From NCBI RefSeq assembly GCF_963921235.1, contig NC_086108.1:14198001-14262000 (forward strand): a DNA stretch of 64,000 nt, in the 5' to 3' direction. The translations under genes were made by a program, and so were the position numbers. The first letter of the stretch is position 1. Each line of letters opens with the position of its first letter. This DNA is from Mobula hypostoma. Lineage: Eukaryota. The notes under the pieces are model-generated. The model saw only the letters and a list, made by a program, of their open reading frames with translations, was not told where the DNA came from and searched no databases. Shown one piece after another: positions 24,347 to 38,162 of the stretch.

Positions 24347-26301
24347 AAGGATAGTCAGCATGGCTTTGTGCATGGTATGTCATGTCTAACCAATATTATA
24401 GAGTTTTTCAAGGAAGTTACCAGGAAAATTGATGAAGGCGAGGCAGTGGATATGCAGAGATTTTACAAAAACTTTTGACAAGGTCCTACGATGGGAGGTT
24501 GGTCATAAAGGTTCAGTCGCTTGGCATTCAAGATGAGTAGTAAATTGGATTAAGCATGGGCTTCACAGAAGAAGCCAGAGAGTGGTTGTAGATGGTTGCC
24601 TCTCTGACTGGAGGCCTGTGGCAAGCGATATGCTGCAGAGGTCAGTGGCTCTGTTGTTGTTTGTCATCCATATCAATGATCTGGATGATAATGTGGTTAA
24701 CTGGATCAGCAAGATTGGGGATGTAGTGGACAGGGAGGAAGACTAGCAAAGCTTGGAGCAGGATCTGGACCAGCTTGGAAAATGGGCTGGAAAATGGTAA
24801 ATGAAGTTGATTGCAGTCAAGTGTGAGGTGTTTCACTTTGGGAGGACAAACCAGGGTAGGTCTTACACAGTGAGCAGTAGGGCACTGAGGGGTGTGACAG
24901 AACAGAGGGATCTGTGAATACCGATCCATAATTTCTTGAAAGTGGTATCACAGGAAGAAAACTTCTGACATATTGGCCTTCATAAATCAATGCATTGAGT
25001 ACAGGAACGGTATGTTATGTTGAAATTTATGAGGCCTGCTTTGGAGTATTGTGTGCACCTACCTACAGGAAAGATGTAGATAACATTGAAAGAATGCAGA
25101 GCAAATGCTTCTGGGACTTGAGAACCTGAATTGTAGGGAAGGGCTGAATAGGTTAGGACTCCATTTCCTAGAGCATTGGAGAGAGAGTGGAGATTTGACA
25201 GAGATATACAAAATTAAGAGGGGTATAGTTTGGTTAAGTGCAAGCAGGCTTTTTCCACCGAGGTTGGGTGAGACTATAACTTGAGGTCATGGGTTAAGGG
25301 TGAAAGGTAAAATGAGGAACATGGTGAGTGTGTGAAACGAACTACCAGCAGAAGGGTGGATGTACTGTAGGTTTGATTTCAACATTTAAAAGATATTTAG
25401 ACAGGTACATGGATGGGAGGGCATTGCAGGGCTATGGTCCAGGTGCAGGTTGATGAGACTAGGCAGATTCATGGTTTGGCATAGAGTGGAGGTGCTTAAG
25501 AACCTCTTTCTGTGCTGTAGTGTCCCATGACTCTGTGAGGGGTCTCAACCTGAAACATCAACTGTTCATTTTCCTCCACAGATGCTGCCTGACCTGCTGA
25601 GTTCTTCCAGCATTTGTGAGTTACCCGATTTCTCCTCCCAGTAATGTCTTGTAGCAGCAGGGTAACCTTTATACATGATCTATGAAGATGGTCAATTATT
25701 GCCATCTAATCATGTTAACAACAGCATCTGGCTGGTGATTTTGAGAGTCTAACTAAACTGCAATGTTCTGTCTTCCTCCTTGACTTAGTCGTGTTCGGCC
25801 TGCTGTGCTTGGTAGATGGGGAGAAAAAAGCACCTTGAAAAGTGGTGGTGAGGAGGAGGAATGTAAGAGATGCATGCTTGCACCATCTGCATTGTGTAAA
25901 TCAGCAATGTGTTTAAAGGGAAATAGGATGTTAGAAGAGTGGTTAGTCATAAGCAACTTCTGTGTTCCCAGTGGCTGAGGCGTTCAGCAACAGTGAAGCC
26001 TCTCACCCAGAGTATTGCACATATGCATGTTTGGCACCAGTCACTGCTGTTTACCAGTTCACCTTGTCCTGCAAGAAAGAAGGAACTGTGTCAGTCAGTG
26101 AATGTCATGTCTGCTAGATGTCGCTGAAGAGGTAGAAGTTGGAAGATGTCTTTGTGAGTTGTAGAGGAATGATTAGTGTGTGAAGGCAGTGAGGAAGAGG
26201 TATGAATTGTGAATGGTAGTTCTTTCTCATTTGGTGAATGGGGCTGTGTTCTATGGAGTGATGGGTGAGGCTTAGGTTGAATTTGGGGATGAAGTAGTAG
26301 T

Positions 26302-28144
26302 AGTCGCGTAGGGAGCGATCCCTGCGGAAAGCAAGGGAGGGAAGGGAAAGATGTGCTTAGTGGTGGGATCCCGTTGGAGGTGGCGGAAGTTACGGAGAAT
26401 TATATGTTGGACCCGGAGGCTGCTGTGGTGGTAGGTGAGGACAAGGGGAACCCTATTCCTAGTGGGGTGGTGGGAGGATGGAGTGAGAGCAGATGTGCGT
26501 GAAATGGGGGAGATGCGTTTGAGAGCAGAGTTGATGGTGGAGGAAGGGAAGCCCCTTTCTTTAAAAAAGGAGGACATCTCCTTCGTCCTGGAATGAAAAG
26601 CCTCATCCAGATGCGGCGGAGACGGAGGAATTGCAAGAAGGGGATGGCATTTTTGCAAGAGACAGGGTGAGAAGAGGAATAGACCAGGTAGCTGTGAGAG
26701 TCCATAGGCTTATAGTAGACGTCAGTAGATAAGCTGTCTCTGGAGATAGAGACAGAAAGATCAAGAAAGGGGATGGAGGTGTTGGAAATGGACCAGGTAA
26801 ACTTGAGGGCAGGGTGAAAGTTGGAGGCAAAATTAATGAAGTCAATGAGCTCAGCATGCATGCAGAAAGCAGCGCCAATGCAGTCGTCGATGTAGCGAAG
26901 GAAAAGTAGGGGACAGATACCAGTATAGGCTTGGAACATGGATTGTTCCACAAAGCCAATAAAAAGGCAGGCATAGCTGGGACCCATATGGGTGCCCATG
27001 GCTGCACCTTTAGTTTGGAGGAAGTGGGAGGAGCCAAAGGAGAAATTATTAAGAGTAAGGATTAATTCCGCTGGACAGAGCAGAATGGTGGTGGAGGGGA
27101 ACTGGTTGGGTCTGGAATCCAAAAAGATGTGGAGAGCTTTGAGACCTTCCTGGTGGGGGATGGAAGTATGTAGGGACTGGAAATCCATAGTTCAAATAAA
27201 GCAGTGGGGGCCAGGGAACTTAAAATCATCGAAAAAATTCAGAGCGTGAGAAGTGTCACGAACATAGTTAACGCGACTCCCTTGTCCATTCGTTCCTCCC
27301 CCATCCCTTCCCACCGATCTCCCTCCCGGCACTTATCCTTGTAAGCGGAACAAGTGCAACACATGCCCTTACACTTCCTCCCTCACCACCATTCAGGGCC
27401 CCAGACAGTCCTTCCTGGTGAGGTGACACTTCATCTGTGAGTTGGCTGGGGTGATATACTGCGTCCGGTGCTCCTGACGCGGCCTTCTATATATTGGTGA
27501 GACCCGACACAGGCTGGGAGGCCATTTTGCTGAACACCTACGCTCTGTCTGCCAGAAAAAGCAGGATCTCCCAGTGGCCACACATTTTAATTCCACATCC
27601 CATTCCCATTCTGATATGTCTATCCACAGCCTCCTCTACTGTAAAGATGAAGCCACACTCAGGTTGGAGGAACAACACCTTATATTCCGTCTGGATAGCC
27701 TCCAACCTGATGGCATGAACATTGACTTCTCTAAGTTCCATTAATGCCCCACCTCCCCTTCGTACCCCATCCGTTATTTATATATTTATTATTATTATTA
27801 TTATTATTATTTTTCTCTCTCTCCTTTTTCTCCCTCTGTCCCTCTCACTATACTCCTTGCCCATCCTCTGGGCTTCCCCCCCCCCTTTCTTTCTCCCTAG
27901 GCTTCCTGTCCCATGATCTTCTCATATCCCCTTTGCCAATCACCTGTCCAGCTCTTGGCTCCATCCCTCCCCCTCCTGTCTTCTTCTATCATTTTGGATC
28001 CCCCTCCCCCTCCCACTTTCAAATCTCTTACTAACTCTTCCTTCAGTTAGTCCTGATGAAGGGTCTCAGCCCGAAACGTCAACCGAACCTTTTCCTAGAG
28101 ATGCTGCCTGGCCTGCTGCGTTCACCAGCAATTGTTATGTGTGT
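26302..28144. mobile_element. Penelope-like element with inverted 5' segment (RT core on minus, GIY-YIG and 3' end on plus)
   Basis: Minus: MDFQSLHTSIP, GAAMGTHMGPSYA, LRYIDD; plus from 27271: Cys linker, YIGET, hammerhead motif. Confidence 0.92.
28048..28085 (+). ncRNA. Hammerhead motif, core intact, stem I weakened
   Basis: tagtc CTGATGA agggtctcagccc GAAA cg TC aaccg. Confidence 0.7.
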
Positions 28145-30199
28145 CACAAGGATTCTGACAGGATTTAAAGGCTTGAGTTATTAGGAGAGACTGGAAAGGC
28201 TGGTTCTGTTTTCTCTGGAGTAAAGGAGGATGAACGGTGACCTTATACAGGTTTACAAAATCATTCTGTGCCATCTCTAGCTTAATTACATCCTTCTTTT
28301 ATAATGGCATATCGCATTCTTGCAGAAGTGTTTTAAACCGTGCTGTAGTACAAAGTCTCTGTCGAGCTGACTGTGATACAACTGTGCATTTCTGCAGACA
28401 GAGTGATACGATACATAGTTGTAAGTACCAGCATGTAGCGCATCCCTGTTAGGATTGTAGTGATGTTTTGTTTCTATAGAGTGAGTGTCAGGTTAGACTA
28501 ATGTCAGCAGTAGGGAAAACACCAGAATCTATTGTTAGGAAAGTGGTAGCAGAGCACTTGGAAAACAATAACAAAAATAGGTGGTCACACAACACAGAGA
28601 AAGTCCAAGATTCCCATTTAAACTTGCCCCATTTTAGAATTAGAATCTGGTTTATTTTCACTGTATGGTACGTCATGAAACTTGTTGTTTTGTGGAAACA
28701 AAGACAGAATTACTATAAATTACAAAATAGACAATGCAAAAATAGAATAATGAAGTCGTGTTGTTGAACTGTTCAGAAATCTGATGTGGAGGGGCGAAGC
28801 TGTTGACCTGTAGGTCTTTAGACTTCTGTACTTTCTTCCTGATGGCAGTAATGAGAAGAGAGCATGTCTTGCATGGGAGTGGGAGCCTTCAGTGATGGAT
28901 ATCACTTTCTTGAGGAACTGCCTTATGTGGATGACCTTTTGGTCAATATCCCTTTTTCTCTCCATGTACCTGACCAGTACCTTTTAAATACTGTTAATGT
29001 ACTTGCCTCAAAATGTTCTATATAAGTACTCTGTGCAAGAAAATGTACTTCAGGCTCCTATTAATTCTCTCCCCTCTCCCCTCTCTCATCTTAAACCTAC
29101 GCCGTATAGTTCTTGATTTCCGAACCCCGGGGAGAAAAGAGGGCATTCACCCTATCTATGCTCCTCATAACTTTATACAACTCTATAAGATCACTCCTCA
29201 TTCTCCAAGACTCTAATAAATAAATTCTTAGCTTGGCCAACTCAGTACCTCAGGTTCTGGTAACATCCTTGTAAATCTCTGCACTCTTTCTGGCTTAATG
29301 TCACCTTTCTTATATTAGGGTGACAAGAACTGAACATGACATTCCAAGTATGACCTCACCAATGTCGTGTGCAACTGCAACATTATATCCCAACCTCCAC
29401 AATCTATAACTCAGGAGATTCTGCAGAAGCTGGAAATCCTGAGTATGCTGGAGGAATTCCTCTTCAAATGCTGCCTGATGCATTGAGTTCCTCCAGCATT
29501 TTGTACTTTACCCTGCCCTGACTGATGAAAACGATTGTGATTGCAGTGATGTTTCTATAGAGGGAGCATCTCCCCCACAGACCAGTTAGATTGACGTCAG
29601 TATAAGGAAAATACTAGAAGAATCTATTGTCAGGACAGTGGGAACCGAGCACTTACAAATAATAACTCTAATAGGTAAAGTCAACATACAGTTAAGTATG
29701 AAAAGTGCCTTTTGACTAACCTGTTCGTGTTTTGAGGTTGTGACGAGCAGAATGGGTAAGAGCAAATCAGCTGATCTGTATTTGTACTTCAAGAAGGTCT
29801 TTGATGAGGTCCCATATGAGACACTTCAATCAAAGTAAAGGGCATGACACTAAGTGTAAATTACTGGACAGGATTGAATATTGATGGACAGGGTACATTC
29901 AGAGTGAGCAGCTCATTCCTGGGCTGTGAGACTATTGCAAGGGGAATTGCTGCTGAGGCTTCCAGCTGTTCAGAATCTATGACAATAATCTAAATGAGGG
30001 ATCAGGCAGTTTAAATGGTTTGGCATGGACTAGGTGGGCCAAAGGACCTGTTTCTGTGCTGAACTTTTCTATGACTCTATATCCAGATTTGCTGATAATA
30101 CAAAGCCAGTGGAAGTGGATGTGACAGGGCCCCAGACTGATTTCAAGTGAATTTAGGGAGGCTAAGTTAAGATCAAAAGGATTGCAAAGACAAAACAAG

Positions 30200-33120
30200 T
30201 CCTCTGGAGATTAGATTGGTAATCTATGTGTGGAGGGAAAAGAGATGGGGGAGATCTTTAAGTGATTTTTTAGTATTTGTATTGACTCAGGTGCCAGACA
30301 CAGAGTCTGTAGAAGTGAGGCAAAGTGACAAGTGAGGGACTGGAGGATAGCTAATGAAAGACCCTAAAAATAAACCAGCAAATTATAAACCTGTGAGCCT
30401 GACGTCAGTAGTGGTTATTGGAAGATATTATAAGAGTTTGGCTATATGAGTATTTGGATAGACAGGGATTGATTAGGGATAGTCAGCCTGGCTTTGTGCA
30501 TTGTAGGTGCTGTCTAACCAGTCTTACAGAGATTTTCAATGATGTTATCAGGAAAGATGATAAAGACAAGGTGGTGGATGTTGTCTACATGAGCTTTAGT
30601 ATGGCATTTGACAAAGGTCCCACATGGGAGGTTGGTCAAGGAGGTTCAGACACTTGGCATTCAGAATGAGGTAGTAAATTGAATTGGACATTGACTTTAC
30701 AGAAGAAGCCAGAGAGTGGTAGTAGAGGGTTGCCTCTCTGACTGGAGGCTTGTGACTCGTGGAATGCTGCAAGGATCAGTGCTGGGTCCATTGTTGTTTG
30801 TCATCTATTCCAGTGATCTGGTTGATAATGTGGTTAAATGCATCAGCAAATTTGTGGACATCAGCAAGATTAGGGGTGTAGTGTACAGCAAGGAAGATGA
30901 TTAAAGTTTGCAGCAGGATCTGGACCAGTGGGAAAACTAAACTGAAAAAATGGCAGAAAAGTATAAGGTTTTGCACTTCGGTAGGACCAACCAGGGTAGG
31001 TCTTACACAGTGGATGGTAGGGCACTGAGGAGTGTGATAGAACAAAGGGATCTGGGAATACAGGTCCATAATTCATTGAAAGTGGTGTCATAGGTAGATA
31101 GGGTCATTAAGAAAGTTATTGGCATGTTGGCCTTCATAAATCAAAGTACTGAGTTATGTTAAAGTTGTATAAGATGTGAGGCCTAATTTGGAATATTGTG
31201 TGCAGTTTTGGTTACCTACCTACAGGAATGATGTAAATAAGATTGAAAGAATACAGAGAAAACTTACAAGGATGTTGCCAGGACTGGGGGACCCGAGTTA
31301 TAATGAAAGACTGAATAGGTTAGAACTTAATTCCTTAGAACGTAGAAGATTGAGGGGAGATTTGATAGAGGTATACAAAATTATCAGGGGTGCAGATATG
31401 ATAAATGCAAGTAGGTTTTTTTTCCACTGAGATTGGGTAAGACTACTACTAAAGGTCCTGGGTTAAGGGTGAAAGGTGAAATATTTAAGGGAACACAATA
31501 GGGACTTTTAAGAGACTCTTAGACAGGTACATGGAGCTTAGGAAAATAGAGGGCTATGCAGTAAGGAAATTCTAGGCAGCTTCTAGAGTAGGTTATATGG
31601 TCAGCACAACATTTTAGGGCTGAAGGGCCTGTAATATGCTGTAGATTTCTATGTTCTACGAAACATGAAGGGAAACTTCTTCACTCGGAATGTGGCGAGA
31701 ATGTGGAACAACATGCCAGAACAAGTGGTGCATGTGAGCTTGATTTCAACATTGAAGAGAAATTTGGATAGGTACACGGATGGGAGGGTTATGGAGGGAT
31801 AAGTTCCAGGCCCAGGTCGATGGGTCTAGGCCAGCGGTCCCCAACCACTGGGCTGCGGACTGGTACCGGGCCGCAAAGCATGTACTATCGGGCCATGAGG
31901 ATGCTATATGATTTGGCGATATGAGTCAGCTGCACCTTCCCTCATTCCCTGTCACGGCCACTGTTGAGCCATTACGCATGCGAGGTCATTACCTGCGCGT
32001 CATCCATGTCAGCGCAGGAAGGGGAGCAACTCCTCGAGCTTGCAAATGACAGCGGGCTGGGAAGTATGTTTTACATAACATCTCTGCCGGCATTCTGGAT
32101 CAAAGTCAGGGCTAAAAATCCTGAGATAGCCACGAAAGCACTGAAAACGTTGCTTCCATTTCCAACATATCTCTGCAATGAATGCAACGAAAACTAAACT
32201 GCGGAACAGACTGGACATAAGGAACCCGTTCGACTATCGCTGTCTCCCATCACCCTTCGATAGGACTGTGTTGTTGCAGGAAAACAAGCCCAGGGCTCCC
32301 ACTGATTCAGCGATATTGGTGTGTTGCAATGATTTTATATGTTCATACGGGAAAAACATGTGCTGTGTGTTTAATATCCAAATGTTACTTAAAATGTTAT
32401 GATGCTATTGACTTATATAACAATTACAGCACGGAAACAGGCCATCTCTCCCCTTCTAGTCCGTGCCGAACGCTACTCTCACCTAGTCCCACCGACCTGC
32501 ACTCAGCCCATAACCCTCCATTTCTTTCCTGTCCATATACCTATCCAATTTTTCTTTGAATGATAATATCGAACCTGCCTCTACCACTTCTACTGGAAGT
32601 TCATTCAACACTTACTTCAAGCTCCCCTGTCCTCCCCTGATAATTGACTTATCACTATATTCATGCGAGGAAAATATGCGCTGTGTGTTTAATATTAAAT
32701 TCGTTAGATAAACCCTTTTAGAAAGGAAATTGAGTGTGTTAACCACTTATCATCGATATTTCTGTCGTGATTAACACCCCCCTCCCCCTCACACAGAATC
32801 GCCAAAAACGATTTGTAGAAAAAAATCGTACACGCATGCCAAATCACGCATGTGCACTGGTGCCTGCGCAAGGCTTCATGGTCATTGTAGTCTTTCTCGG
32901 GGTAAACCTAGCGTATTTGACTGCTACTCTTGTCCGTTGGCAACCCTACCGCCACCCCCTCGCCCCCGGTCGGCCGGTCCGCAAGAATATTGTCAATATG
33001 AAACCGGTCCGCAGTGCAAAAAGGGTTGGGGACCCCTGATCTAGGCAGTGTAAATAGTTTGGCAAGGACTAGTTGGGCTGATGGGCCTGTTTCTGTGCTG
33101 TAGTTTTCTATGACTCTATA
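30200..33120 (+). mobile_element. CR1 RT/3' fragment interrupted by a hAT element
   Basis: QGSVLGPLLFVIY, RPNLEYCVQFW, RRRLRGDLIEVYK. Confidence 0.85.
31832..33038 (+). mobile_element. Non-autonomous hAT (Buster/Charlie-type) element
   Basis: TIRs CAGCGGTCCCCAACC / GGTTGGGGACCCCTG; 8-bp TSD (G/A)TCTAGGC with central TA; transposase C-terminal remnant FWIKV..PEIATKALKTLLPFPTYLC..KTKLRNRLDI. Confidence 0.92.
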
Positions 33121-34259
33121 TAGAGAGTTAGGGCAAATCAAAAGTGCAGAAAAATGAGTTCCTCTATATTGGTAGAAAAACAAACAAGCTTAATTTTTTT
33201 TTAAATGATGAGTGTTTGGTGTTGAGAGGGTCCTGGCCGTCCTTGTACACGAGTCTCTAGCACTTCACTTACAGATACTACAAGCAGTTATGAAAGCCTA
33301 TTGTGTTGTCTATTTCAAGAGAATTTAATCAGAAGAGCAGAGATAGATGTCGTGACCCAGTTACATAGGGTTTTGGTAAGAGATCACAACTAGCTTGTTG
33401 TGTTCAGGTTATGGTCACCTATCTTAAGAAAGGGTATACTTGCCAAATGCAGCTAAGGTTCCCCAAGTTGACTACTGGGATGTAAAGAAGGTGGGCAGGT
33501 GAAAGTGGTATTTGAGGAGTCGCTTTGCATGGACAGACTGGAAATATACTCTCTTGTTAATAAGAATGAACTGTGAAATGTACAAAAATTCGGACAGTGC
33601 TTAACAAGGTAGGACCTGGAGACAGTCTCAAATGAAGAGATTAGCAATTCAGGTCTGAAATGAAAAGTATTTTCACTCAAAGGATGGTGAACCTTTGAGA
33701 CTTTCCAGCCGAGAGAACTGTAGAGTCTCAGTCACGGAATGCTTTGACAAGACCTTTAGATGTTGAGTTGCATTTTGTGTGGTCAGATGAAAGGGGAAAA
33801 TATCCAGTAAATGGCAGGACCCTTGTAGTAGTGATGTACAGAGGGGTCTTGAGTTACAAGTCCCTAGCTCCCCAAAAGTGGCAACACAAGTGAATAGGGT
33901 GACAAAGAAGGCATACCACTTACTTGCCTCCATTAATTGGATCATTGAGTCTAAAAGTTGGCAAGTCATGGAACAAGTGTATAAAGCTTTGGTTAAGCCA
34001 TGTTTGGTGTACTATGCAGATTTGGCTGCTACGTTACAGGAAGGATGTGGAGAGTTTGGAGAGAGTGCAGGAGAGGTTCACCAGGATGTTGCCTGAATGG
34101 AAAGATTAGACAAAATTGATTGTTTTTTCTTCTGATTGCTGAGAGGAATCCTGATAAAAGTTTATAAAGTTATGAGAAGTAGGTAACATAAGTAGAATAG
34201 AATTGTCAAATACATGAGGGCATAGGTTTAAGTGAGAGGGATAGTTTAGAATCAGAATC

Positions 34260-35933
34260 ACGTTTAATAGTATTGGCATATGTCATGAAGTTTGTTGTTT
34301 TGCATAGCAGTACATGACAATACATAATAAAAATGATAAATTACAGTAAGATGCCACCTTTTTGAGGGATCACCTTTTGATGGTGTCTCGGATGCTGGGG
34401 AGACTAGTGCGCATGAAGTGGCCCCTCCGTACCAGATGTAATACAACCAGTTAAGAATGCTGTCCATTGTATATCTGCAGGAATTTGTTGGAGTCTTTGG
34501 TGACATACCAAATCTTCTTAAACTCCTAATGAAATATAGCCACTGTCATACCTCTTTGTAATTGCATAAATATGTTGGGCCCAGGATAGATCTTCAGAGG
34601 TGTTGACACCTAGGATCTTGAAACTACTCACCCTTTCCACTGCTGATCCTCCAATGAGGACTGGTGTATGTTCTCTTGATTTCCCCTTCCTGAAGTCTAC
34701 AATCAATTCCTTGGTCTTTCTGACGTTTGGTGCGAGGTCGTTGCTATGACACCACTCAACTAGCTGATCTATCTCGCTCCTGAACGCCTCCTTGTCACCA
34801 TCTGAAATTCTGCCAACAATGGTTGTGTCATCAGCAAATTTATAGATGGCATTTGAGCTGTGCAATCCTGGGTGTAGAGAGCAGAGCAGTGGCCTAAGCA
34901 CACATCTTTGAGGTACAGCAATGTTGATGTCAGTGAGGTGGAGATGTTATTTCCGATCCACACCGACTGTGATCTGTCAATGACGAAGTCAAGGATCCAG
35001 TTGCAGAAGGAGGTACAGAAGCTCAGATCTTGGAGCTTATTGATTAGTATAGTAGTGTTGAACGCTGAGTTGTAGTCGATAAGCGGTAGCCTGGCATAGC
35101 TATTACTATTGTCCAGATGATCCAAGGCCGAGTGGAGAGCCAGTGAGATTACATCCGTTGTAGACCTATTGTGGTGATAGGCAAAATGCAGTGGGTGCAG
35201 GTCCTTGCTTAGGCAGAAGTTGATTCTGGCCATGACCAAACCTCTCAAAGTATTTTTTCACAGTAGATGTGAGTGCAAGTGGGCAATAGTCATGGAGACA
35301 GACCACCCTGCTCTTCTTGGGCACTGGTATGATTGTTACCTTTTTGAAGCAGGTGGAAACCTCTCTCTGCAGCAGTGAGAGATTGAAGATGTCCTTATGC
35401 CAACCAACAGGCGGGTGTACTCAAGTTTTCAGAGCCCCACCAGGGGCCTTGCGCAGGTTCTTCAAATCTGAATGAATACGACACAGTTGTCGCCAACTTC
35501 TTCAAGACCTTTTTGGATGGGTGTGTGCATTTGAGAACATACAACATGCCCATATCAAAAGCCATGAGTGAACTAGGTGATTCATAGTTTACTGAGGGCT
35601 AGATCTCTGGCATTCAAGACCGGTGATCCAGAACTATACAAGAAGTCCAAGTACAACCTAAGGAAGGCTATTTTAAGGGTGAGAAAACAATTCCATTTGA
35701 GGTTAAAGAGAGATTGGATGCACGTGAGCATCCAAGGTTTGCAGGCCATTACTTCCTACAAAATGAAGCCTAACATTATGAATGACTGTGATGCTTCACT
35801 CCCAGATGAGTTCAATGTCTTTTATTCACACTTTAAAAGGAGAATAAAACTACACTTGTGTGAATCCTGAAGTATCTGGTGACCCTGCGATCTCTGTCTT
35901 GGAGGCCAACATTAGAACATCTTTCAAGAGGGT
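34260..35933. mobile_element. Rex1/Babar-type LINE with inverted 5' segment
   Basis: RT and 3' part on minus up to 35460 ([10 protein letters not shown]); upstream ORF segment on plus at 35461-35933. Confidence 0.85.
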
Positions 35934-36780
35934 CTACTTTTGATGCCACTTCCTCTATCCCTCTGTTCTACAATACTCCACAATGCCACCATGTAAGTCC
36001 TACCCTGGTTTTCTTTCCAGAAGTGCAACACTTCACACTTGTCTGCTATAAATTCCTTTTGCCATTTTTAAGTCCATTTGTCCAGCTGGTCCAGATTCCC
36101 CTGGAAGTTTTGATAGCCTTCCTCACTGTCCACTTTGGATCCAGTCTTGGTGTCATTTGCAAATTTTCTGATCCAGCTTGCCACGTTACCCAGATTGTTG
36201 ATATAGATGGCAAAGAGCCTGCAGCGCACCACTAGTCATAGGCCTCCAGTCAGAGTTAAACCATGAAGTGACTCAACCTTCTTGACCAGCTTCCCATGTG
36301 TGACTTTGTCAAAGGCCTTGCTGAGATCCATGTGGACAACATCCACTGCATTTCCTTCATCAACCCGCCTGCGAACCACCTCAACAAACTCTATAAGGTT
36401 GGTTAGACATGACCTACCACGTTCAAAGCCGTGTTGACTATCACAAATCAGGCCCTGTCAAGATCCACATCCCTATATATCTGATCCCTTAGAATACTTT
36501 GTAATAATTTGCCTACTACTAACATAAGGCCCTGGGGATTTATCCACCTCAAGGCAACATGCACCTATCCTCCTCTGTAATCCATATATAATCTTTGACC
36601 TCACTGTTGCTTTGCCTCAGTTCTATAGTCTCTGTGTCCATCTCCCAAGTAAATACAGGTGTAAAAATTCCACTTAAGATCTCCCCCCCCCCCCATTTCT
36701 TTTGGCTCAATGCATTGATGGCCATACTGATCTTCCAGTGGACCAATTTTGTCCTTTGCTATCATTTTGCTCTTAATTTA

Positions 36781-38162
36781 CAGTTGCAAGAAAAAGTTTG
36801 TGAACCCCTTGCAATTATGTGGTTTTCTGCATTAGTTACTCAGAAAATGTGGTCTGATCAGCTAAGTCACAATAATAGACAAACTCAATCACCTAAACTA
36901 ATAACACACAAACTAATTCTCGTCAAAACTGAGTACACATTTAAACATTAACAGTCTAGGTTCGAAAAAGTATGTGAACCTCTGGGTATTGCCTTTACAA
37001 AAGTTATTTGGAGTCAGGTGTTCCAAACAATGAGATGAGATTGGAGGTGTGGGTTGTAGAGGTGCCCTGTCTATAAAAAAGACACACAAAGTCAGATTAC
37101 TGACAGAGCCTGCTCTTCTCAAGGAAGATCTATTTGACGTGCACCATGCCTTGATCAAAACAACTTTTAAAGGTCCTTAGAAGAAGAATTATGGAGATGT
37201 ATGAAGCTGGAACAAGCTACAAAAGTGTTTCAAAAGACCTGAGTGTTCATCAGTCTACAGTAAGAGAAATTGTCTACAAATGGAAGAAATTCAGAACTGT
37301 TGTTACTAACCCTAGGAGTGGGCATCCTGCAAAGATTACGCGAAGAGCACAACATGTAATGCTGAAGGAGGTGAAAAAGAACCCAAGGGTAACAATAAAA
37401 GGCCTACAGAAATCTCTAGAACTTGTTAAAGTTTCTGTTCATGTGTTTACTATAAGAAAAACACTGAACAGGAATGGTGTTCATGGAAGGACACCATGTA
37501 GGAAACCACTGCTCTCCAAAAAAAAATTCGCTGCATGTCTCAAGTTTTCAAAACCCTACCTGGATGTTCCACAATGTTCTGTAGACAGATGAGACAAAAG
37601 TTGAATTTTTTGGCAAAATTGCGCACCGCTAATTTTGGAGGAAAAGGGCCACTGCACCCCAACACCAAAACCTCATTCTAACTGTGAAGCATGATGGAAG
37701 GAGCATCATGGTTTGGGGCTGCTTTGCTGCCTCAGGGCCTGGACAATTTGCAGTCCTTGAGGGAACAATGAATTCAAAATTGTATGAAGACATTTTACAG
37801 GAGAATGTCAAGGTAGCAGTCCGTTACATGAAGATTGACAGGAGTTGGATGATTCAACAAGACAATAATCCCAAAAGTAAACCAACAACAGAATGGTTTA
37901 AAAAGAAGAAAATCTGTGTTTTGGAATGGCCAAGTCAGAGTCCAGGCCTTAACCTAATTGAGATGCTGCGGCATGACCTGAAGAGAGCTGTCATGCAAGG
38001 TACCCCCGAAATATTGATAAACTGAAACAGTTTTGTATGAAGGAATGGTCTAAAATTCTGCCTGATCAGCAGCTGTGGGAAACGTTTGGTGAGGTTATTG
38101 CTGCTCAGGGAGGTTCTACCAGTTACGAAATACAAGGGTTCACACACTTTTTTCCAGCCTGG
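36781..38162 (+). mobile_element. Tc1-like (IR/DR type) transposon, defective, right end truncated
   Basis: TA-CAGTTG start; internal direct repeats AAAAAGT(T/A)TGTGAACC; RSGHP, TDETK, VWGCF, QQDNNPK and SPGLNLIE motifs with stops and frameshifts. Confidence 0.93.

Larger units (their letters stand above)
22215..25535 (+). mobile_element. Degenerate CR1 ORF2, interrupted by a mini-PLE and a solo LTR
   Basis: KENPKGFFRYIK, VDKYPGP, QHGF, RT and 3' end fragments. Confidence 0.85.

Noticed and set aside
25531..25620. Hammerhead in a PLE 3' fragment
   Set aside because: The CUGAnGA half of the core is missing
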